Positions 57,779-64,000 of a stretch of DNA of 64,000 nt are shown here, piece by piece (the first letter of the stretch is position 1; each line of letters starts with the position of its first letter). The notes below the pieces were generated by a model. That model saw only the letters and a list, made by a program, of their open reading frames with translations, did no database searches and had not been told where the DNA came from. A program made the translations under genes and the position numbers. This DNA comes from Alphaproteobacteria bacterium (GTDB taxonomy: Bacteria; Pseudomonadota; Alphaproteobacteria; UBA828), in assembly GCA_965220745.1 (NCBI GenBank), contig CBDCQT010000005.1, positions 1-64,000 on the forward strand. The letters are read 5' to 3'.

Positions 57779-60175
57779 TCACGCGCACGAACGAAGCGAG
57801 TCGATCCGGGCGGCTGCGCGGGATGCGGTGTCGGTGACCGCCGAGGTCAGCGCGTCGAAATCCTCGTGCCCGCACGCGCTCGCAACGAGAGACCTGACCT
57901 TGGGCCGCGCCTCAGCCGCGTCGAATCCTTCCTCGCCGATGAGGCGCGTGATGCCCTGCAAGTCCCGCCACATGGCCGCAGCCTGCGCCAGGTCCTCGGC
58001 GCCAGCGGCATCGAGCACCGCCGCAGCGCTCGGCGCCGGGTCGTCGAGGGCGGCGTCGGCATTCGTCAACTGCAGGACTCGCGCGGCACGCTCGACATCC
58101 TCCAGCCCGCCACGCATGCGGGCGTAGTTGGAGACGCCCGTTGCGGCCGGGTTTTCGCGCCGCGCACGAAGCTGGGCGATCAGGGACTCGTCCGCAGCGC
58201 ACGCGGCCAGCGCTTCGCCCCGAGCCTCGCCGAAGCGGCGGCCGATATCGGCATCGCCGCACTCGAACACGCAGCGTGCCCTGGTGAGGACGGGAATTCC
58301 GTCGGGAGAACGTTCCCGGCAATGCTCGGCCAGCTCGGACAGCGGCAGCGCAGAAAGGGCCTGCGAGCGGGGCGGAGCCGGGGAGAACAACAGACTGTCG
58401 CGCGCCAGGGCTGTCAGAGACTTTGCGAACTGCCGACACAGACGTTCATTCTCGCCGATCTTCCGGCCGTCGTGGACAAACAGCATGTCAATTGCAACGC
58501 CCGGATAAACGTCCCGGCTTGCGAGATCGCCGAGGAATACGGCAGCGATCCCGCCGTCCTGCAGCGGTCCGGCGAGGTCGACACGGTCCGCAGCCACGGC
58601 GGCCAGCGCGGCGGAAATTGATGCTTCGGCAAGATTAGAGAGCGCGGTCTTCGCCTCGGCCGGGGACAGGTTTCCGCGCACGACGTGCATGCCGATCTGG
58701 AACGCCTTGTCGTTCGACCAGTTCCGCACGATCTCGGCGGCCTCCTTCGCATCGGCCGTTGGCAACTCGGAGACCCGGTCCTTCATCTCCGGAACGCCCA
58801 TTTCGTGCGTCCAATAGAGTCGTGCGAGCCCACGCCGCGCGATCGTTTCGTATTCTTGATCCGGTCCGAATCCTTTCGGCAGGTCGAGATCGGTGAATTC
58901 CCGGTGTTGCAGGTTATCGAGGAGCTCGGAATTGCGTTCGATCCATGTGGCGAGCCGCGGGGCTGCGCCGAAGATTTCTACGATTGCCTCGAAGGCGTCA
59001 GGGCGCGCTGCGGAAAGACGACTGTCGTAGGCGCTCCAGTCATCGATCTGCGGGTAGAAATGCGCGCGCCATTGATCCACCAATGGATCCATCTTCGCGA
59101 ACCACCGCTTCGGCCGCAGAACGATATTCATCATGTCGGCGTAGGTTCCTGGCAAGACCGGGGATTCATCGGAGCCGAGGGCTTGGAGCAGGGGATAGTG
59201 GCGAGACGCTGCCGCGTGATGATCCGCATGGCGCTGCATGTTGAAGAACATCCAGTTGCTGAACTTCCAGTCGGCGCTCCACGAATGGCGCGGCAATACC
59301 TTTTCCCATCGGCCGTTCGGCAGACGGACCCGGCGAAGGCCGTAGTGCTGAAAGTAATTGCTGATCTTCATGGAAAAGACGCAGCAGAGCCCGAGGAAGG
59401 CGAAGACCGGCACCGCCCAGCCGCCGCTCATCCAGAACACCAGTCCGTACCAGCACGCGAGGGCGATGCCGTAGCGCCAGAACGGATTGCTGTAATGCCA
59501 CACGGGCAAACGGCGCCGTGCCAGGCGTTCGCCGACGACTTGCCAGGAATTGGTGAGGTTGCTTACGACTTCCCTGGGGAAATATCTCCAGAAACTTTCC
59601 CCCTTGGGCGCGGACCCAACGTCGTGTGGCGTGCCGACCTTGGCATGGTGAATATAGACATGCTCCGTGGCGTATTGCGGATAGGAGGCAGAGGCGAGGA
59701 GAAACTCCCCGAGCCGTCTTTCCCAGGTCGCGCGCCGATGAACCAGCTCGTGACCGACCACGAATACGGCCTGTGCTTCCATGGTCAACATGATCGCGAG
59801 CAGCACGTCTTCCCATAGGGCGAACTGATCCGCGACAAGGATTTGCCACATGGCGAAGATCAGCGTCGCCGGCCAGAGAAACGCCCAGATCCAGACCGGC
59901 AGATTGTGCCAGAAGAGGCGCCGCTCCGACGTTATCGCCGGGTCCATGTTGCGCCCGTCGACACCGAGCGCCCGGTCAAGCGGGCCCGAAACACCCATGA
60001 AGACGAAGGCCGGCAACAACCACCAGCTGCCATAGATCGCCGCAATAACGATCAGCGGGAATATGCCCAGTGGCAGATAATGCGGCAGGGCGTTGAGAAA
60101 CGACGGCACAATGTGCCGCGTGACGCCAGCCTTGTTCGGGGCCATGTCACCGCCAACGGCCGTGTCTTGCGGCAT
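57779..60175 (-). CDS. AlkB-like membrane di-iron hydroxylase/desaturase fused to GlnE-like nucleotidyltransferase remnant
   Basis: HELVH, EHVYIHH, NYFQHYG, HADHH; C-part LSNLAE, LGDLASRD, IDMLFV, RGGLEDVE. Confidence 0.8.
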   Translation of the reverse strand: MPQDTAVGGDMAPNKAGVTRHIVPSFLNALPHYLPLGIFPLIVIAAIYGSWWLLPAFVFMGVSGPLDRALGVDGRNMDPAITSERRLFWHNLPVWIWAFLWPATLIFAMWQILVADQFALWEDVLLAIMLTMEAQAVFVVGHELVHRRATWERRLGEFLLASASYPQYATEHVYIHHAKVGTPHDVGSAPKGESFWRYFPREVVSNLTNSWQVVGERLARRRLPVWHYSNPFWRYGIALACWYGLVFWMSGGWAVPVFAFLGLCCVFSMKISNYFQHYGLRRVRLPNGRWEKVLPRHSWSADWKFSNWMFFNMQRHADHHAAASRHYPLLQALGSDESPVLPGTYADMMNIVLRPKRWFAKMDPLVDQWRAHFYPQIDDWSAYDSRLSAARPDAFEAIVEIFGAAPRLATWIERNSELLDNLQHREFTDLDLPKGFGPDQEYETIARRGLARLYWTHEMGVPEMKDRVSELPTADAKEAAEIVRNWSNDKAFQIGMHVVRGNLSPAEAKTALSNLAEASISAALAAVAADRVDLAGPLQDGGIAAVFLGDLASRDVYPGVAIDMLFVHDGRKIGENERLCRQFAKSLTALARDSLLFSPAPPRSQALSALPLSELAEHCRERSPDGIPVLTRARCVFECGDADIGRRFGEARGEALAACAADESLIAQLRARRENPAATGVSNYARMRGGLEDVERAARVLQLTNADAALDDPAPSAAAVLDAAGAEDLAQAAAMWRDLQGITRLIGEEGFDAAEARPKVRSLVASACGHEDFDALTSAVTDTASRAAARIDSLRSCA

Positions 60176-60252
60176 GGCAGCTTCTCTAATGGATTAGAGA
60201 TAGATCGTAGTGAAATCCATGTTACCACCGAGTAACGCAGTCTGTAAATCCT

Positions 60253-61554
60253 TCAGGACTCCAATAATTCTACAAGCCGCTCCAGAGCTTCGATACAAAA
60301 GGCAGAGGTCACGGCTTCGGAGCCATGCCCAATTTGTCCTACCGCTCCCCACTTCAATGATTGGTCGCCAAACGCGAGTAGCTCCGGCCAGCTACCGTCC
60401 TCACGTTGCGTACTTGTGAACTCTTCCACCAGGCGTTTCGCGTCGAGCCTTTCAAGGTGTCCGACATTGCATAGCGCCGAGACGGCCTGAGCGGTCTTGA
60501 GGATATTACCATAGCCTCCCTCTTCGTCGCGCAAGTTCAGGATGCGCTCTGCGAGGATCGGGCGCGAGCGTTCGAGGGCGGGCGCCGCGCGGATCATGGC
60601 GCGGGCGATTGCATAACAGATCGCGGCCGTGTCGGGATACCACTTGGAGGAGCCTTCGAGTCTGTCTTCAGCAACCAATTTTTCCAGCCACCGTTGGGCA
60701 TCCCTCGTCTCGGGGCGGTCGCCGAGATAGGCGATGACGTTCGCATTGACGACGGGGTCGGCTTCGATGCGAAAGGGCGCCACGACGTCGGGTTCGCCTG
60801 CCGCCAGCACCCAGGTCGTGAACAGCCCTTTCTCGTCGCGGTTCGCCAATATCGCCGGAACGTTTCGTCCCAGAAGAATCCAGGGATGGGTCCCGATGAC
60901 AAGCGAGCAGAGTGTCGTGCTATCGAGGTCCTGAGGCAGATGGCGGTAGTAGCGCCACAGCCCCGGATACTCGATGGCATCGGCGAGATACGCCCTTGTG
61001 GCGGTGCAAATGGCCTTGGCCCGCGCGTCGCCGCAACGTTCCAGGGCAAGCACGCAGAGGCCGGAAACGAAGGCAGGTCTTTCGAAATGCCGGGGTATAT
61101 CCGGGTCGGCGATGTTGAACCGGATGCAGTGCCAGGCGCCGTTTTCGTCAATTGCGGTTTCCAGGAAATCGAGACCGCGGCGGATGCTCTCTCTGCCCGC
61201 TCTTGCAAGTGCCGCGGAGGTAGCAGCGTCCTCTCGGGTTTCCGCCTGTTCAGGGGCGGGGGGGCGACGCAGCGGCGCGGGGTCGTAGAGCGTCTTGCGA
61301 AGGAACGCGAGCGATGCTGCGCCGGTTCTTGCCGCCTCCCGTTCTTCCTCACTGAGTTTGCTGCGCGGTGGAAGCACCAGATGTATCGCGGTATCGGTTT
61401 CTTCGTGCACGTGAATCTCATGATCCTCGGCCAGAGTTATGCCGAGTTCCCTTTCGATAGTTTCCTTGGGCTTTACGAGAAGACGCGCGCGAAAATCGGC
61501 ATCTTCTCCAGCCCTTGATAGGAGGAGTGCTTCCGCGTCAATAGGTTTCCTCAC
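60253..61554 (-). CDS. NHLP-leader-like domain fused to squalene-cyclase/prenyltransferase alpha-barrel
   Basis: DADFRARLLVKPK...HLVLP N-domain; PQDLDST, DPVVNAN, QREDGSW (QW motif). Confidence 0.78.
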   Translation of the reverse strand: MRKPIDAEALLLSRAGEDADFRARLLVKPKETIERELGITLAEDHEIHVHEETDTAIHLVLPPRSKLSEEEREAARTGAASLAFLRKTLYDPAPLRRPPAPEQAETREDAATSAALARAGRESIRRGLDFLETAIDENGAWHCIRFNIADPDIPRHFERPAFVSGLCVLALERCGDARAKAICTATRAYLADAIEYPGLWRYYRHLPQDLDSTTLCSLVIGTHPWILLGRNVPAILANRDEKGLFTTWVLAAGEPDVVAPFRIEADPVVNANVIAYLGDRPETRDAQRWLEKLVAEDRLEGSSKWYPDTAAICYAIARAMIRAAPALERSRPILAERILNLRDEEGGYGNILKTAQAVSALCNVGHLERLDAKRLVEEFTSTQREDGSWPELLAFGDQSLKWGAVGQIGHGSEAVTSAFCIEALERLVELLES

Positions 61555-61964
61555 TAATCTCCTCCATCTTCACGGGTTCCGGTCGAGCGTGAATTCTCGG
61601 CAGTAAAATCCATGCAAGCGCGCGAATTATAGCGAACCCGCAATTCTCTCTGTCAAGGGGGTGAGATCGTGTGCCGGGCGCTACGGCCGGCGATCGACCC
61701 CCTGAATTGCAGGAGCCCGTGCCACGATATAGGGCCAGATGTGGCCTCTAAGCCGTTGATACTGCGCCGGTTGTCCTCGCGGTGCGCAAGGAACTCGTGC
61801 TGCCCGCAGTCGAAACTCACTCCCGCTAACGCAATCGAGTCCTCGGATTGTTGGGCCCCTCGCGTTGTGGGAGAGCATCCTGTACGACGGGGCGACTACG
61901 ATGAGGACTGTCGGCCGGCGAAGGGCACGGCGTGCTGGTCGGGCGGCTACTGGAGCCAGACTCG

Positions 61965-63146
61965 CTACACGTCCTCGACCTGCAATCGTTCACGACCAGT
62001 TTCCGATCGGTACACATTGTGAAAATGTTGTAGCGCCGCCTCGTTCCGCCCAAATACGACTTCCGACTGAATCCCACACTCAGCGTTTAACTGAACTTCT
62101 TCCAGCATTGCGTAGTCCTGTTTTTCGACAACATCTCTGAATCTAATCAGTCTGTCCTCATACGACATCCCTTGCTCTTCGAAGTGCTTTTGTATCTTGG
62201 GGTCGATGTACCAGGTATGAATCGTTCGAGATTTCGAAGGTGACCCTCCAAGAGGGAAGATGCGCATCAGATCGACCCCAAATGCGTCCATCATCATGAT
62301 GACGTTGGGGTAAAAGAAATAAACCGTGGATGTTATCTGCTTGTACGGCCAACGGCTTTGGATCGGCATGGACAATCGCATGAGATCGATCTTTCGGTTG
62401 GCGAATACCATGCGGAGGTTCCTTTCGAACCTGTCGAATGTCTGCACGTTCGCGTGCACTTCTTTGGCAGCCGTATCCGGGTGGAGGACGTTCAGATGAT
62501 AAATTTCACCGTAGGAATCGATGCCCAACTTCCAGTTTATCCGCGCATCGATGACTTGCTGGCCAGCATGAGGGTGATCCGATAGCTTCCAGTGAACCAG
62601 GTCGTTCTGAAGTCCAGCCAGGCACTCATCCTCGTCCAGGGGATCGCTTTGAGACGGTCGTACCCACAACGTCCCGTGCATTTCCGCCGAAGGCAGTTCG
62701 ATAAGCCGCAAACCCATACTTGAGACATTCCCGAAATGGCGCCTCTTGTTGACCGCCAACAAGCGGCCATCGATTCCGTAGGTCCATGCGTGGAAAGGAC
62801 ACGTAAAGCGAGTCCCGGAGCCGCGTCCCTCGGGCACCACCAGACTCCCGCGATGCCGACAGACGTTTGCGAACGCGCGAAATCGACCCTCACCATCCCG
62901 AACCATGAGTATTGGGGCACCGGTTGCATTGTCTGACCAATAGGTATTGGCCTTCGGCAGTTGGGACGAGAGACCCATCAGCAACGGTACGTTCCGAAAA
63001 AATGTCTCCTGCTCTTGCGCCAGGAGTTGCGGGCACGTGAATTCGGACATCGGTAGACGCATGATGCCGCCCGCATCGGCGGTCGTGCCGTTGTCGATGT
63101 GCTCGACAAGAGCCTTCAAAATGCCTTCTCGTTCAGAATGGTCCAT
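61965..63146 (-). CDS. Rieske non-heme iron oxygenase alpha subunit
   Basis: CRHRG...CPFHAW; NWK...EIYH...LH; QD. Confidence 0.9.
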   Translation of the reverse strand: MDHSEREGILKALVEHIDNGTTADAGGIMRLPMSEFTCPQLLAQEQETFFRNVPLLMGLSSQLPKANTYWSDNATGAPILMVRDGEGRFRAFANVCRHRGSLVVPEGRGSGTRFTCPFHAWTYGIDGRLLAVNKRRHFGNVSSMGLRLIELPSAEMHGTLWVRPSQSDPLDEDECLAGLQNDLVHWKLSDHPHAGQQVIDARINWKLGIDSYGEIYHLNVLHPDTAAKEVHANVQTFDRFERNLRMVFANRKIDLMRLSMPIQSRWPYKQITSTVYFFYPNVIMMMDAFGVDLMRIFPLGGSPSKSRTIHTWYIDPKIQKHFEEQGMSYEDRLIRFRDVVEKQDYAMLEEVQLNAECGIQSEVVFGRNEAALQHFHNVYRSETGRERLQVEDV

Positions 63147-63365
63147 AAATCAAGATTCCGTGTGTAGTTCGGCGCGCGGGCTTGACACCGATCGACATTG
63201 TAACCCATTGAGAAAGCTAGCCTCTGAGAGGTCAAGAGTCGACGCTCAACAACAACCGCGCGGGAGCCGGGACTCGAAACCGGCTCTTGCGCATCCGAAG
63301 GGTCCACGCCATTGAGGATCTTCCTGCAACAGGACGGCGTCAGGACCCGACGGACGACCGTTCGG

Positions 63366-63656
63366 CTATCTGCGCCCCGCCCCCTCAACGATGATCCTCC
63401 CGCGGCCCCGTCTGATCAGATAGCCTCCACGCGGGATTGCCAGAGTGCCCCGCTCAGCCAGCGGCCACAGGGTATCGACGATCGTCGCCGCGTTGCCGTC
63501 CACCTTCACCGCAGCCCCGGGCTGTGACGCAAGCCACTCCGCGAAGGCACGCTCCGCGATCTCTTCACCTACTGATTTTCTCAGCGCGTTGAGCTTCCTC
63601 CGCTGCCCCTTGGTCAGTGCGCTCTCGTCTATCCCGCCCGATCGTGTCCGATCCAT
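63366..63656 (-). CDS. hypothetical protein
   Basis: GAGGA RBS; 96-aa ORF in same orientation as neighbours. Confidence 0.65.
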   Translation of the reverse strand: MDRTRSGGIDESALTKGQRRKLNALRKSVGEEIAERAFAEWLASQPGAAVKVDGNAATIVDTLWPLAERGTLAIPRGGYLIRRGRGRIIVEGAGRR

Positions 63657-63722
63657 TGTCCTCTTCCCGTCAGCCGACTCGAAGCTGCAGGCAATTGCAC
63701 AGCGACGCCCGTGCTGGCCGGC

Positions 63723-64000
63723 CTACGCCTCTTCACCGCTGCCGGCCATCCCAGTGGCGATCCGCTTCCTAAGGAGCTGCGAGGCCCGGAACACCACGAC
63801 CCGCCGTGGCAAGATCGGCGCCGGCTCTCCTGTCTTCGGATTGCGGCCCACACGCAAGCCCTTGTCGCGCAAGGTGAAGCGCCCGAACGACGATACCTTC
63901 ACATCCTCTCCGGCCTCGAGCCGCTCTGCGATCGCCTCGATGACCGTATCCACCAACTCCGCCGCGTCGCGGCGTGAAAGTCCGATCTCCCTGTGAACGG
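63723..64000 (-). CDS. ihfA: integration host factor alpha-like protein (5' end outside window)
   Basis: IGLSRRDA...VKVSSFGRF...GRNPKTGE...RRVVVFRAS. Confidence 0.85.
   Translation of the reverse strand, partial: VHREIGLSRRDAAELVDTVIEAIAERLEAGEDVKVSSFGRFTLRDKGLRVGRNPKTGEPAPILPRRVVVFRASQLLRKRIATGMAGSGEEA

Noticed and set aside
61860-61950. ISAs1-like remnant (HPVRRGDYDED)
   Set aside because: Similarity too short to support

Overview
GC-rich proteobacterial accessory DNA in three blocks. (1) 1-35.6 kb is the right part of an integrative island ending at a tyrosine integrase and a displaced 3' half of tRNA-fMet (att site). It holds an ICE-type backbone (GHKL ATPase pseudogene, ParB, vWA/pseudo-peptidase, MoxR-like AAA ATPase split by a three-recombinase RIT element). 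It also holds a defence cluster: ABC-ATPase/TOPRIM proteins, a TIR protein, a Gabija-like pair, AbiE, a 1376-aa HTH-nuclease-NTPase and a HEPN-like protein. (2) 35.6-41.8 kb is conjugation and recombinase debris with repeats and a full IS3 copy inverted relative to the copy at the window start. (3) 42-63 kb is a proteusin RiPP cluster matching the srp type of marine-sponge microbiomes (NHLP precursor with core LCCCW, YcaO, flavin halogenase). It includes unusual tailoring genes: an NHLP-fused terpene-cyclase-like protein, a candidate prenyltransferase, an AlkB-GlnE fusion and a Rieske oxygenase. The most unusual signal is a 2525-bp IS1595-family element with 24-bp TIRs and an 8-bp TSD that interrupts the gajA-like gene. 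It carries a complete tRNA with a leucine-type body but a proline (UGG) anticodon, Pro-rich micro-ORFs and a perfect 10 x 17-bp tandem array. All calls are by eye from motifs and base-level reading; no searches were run.
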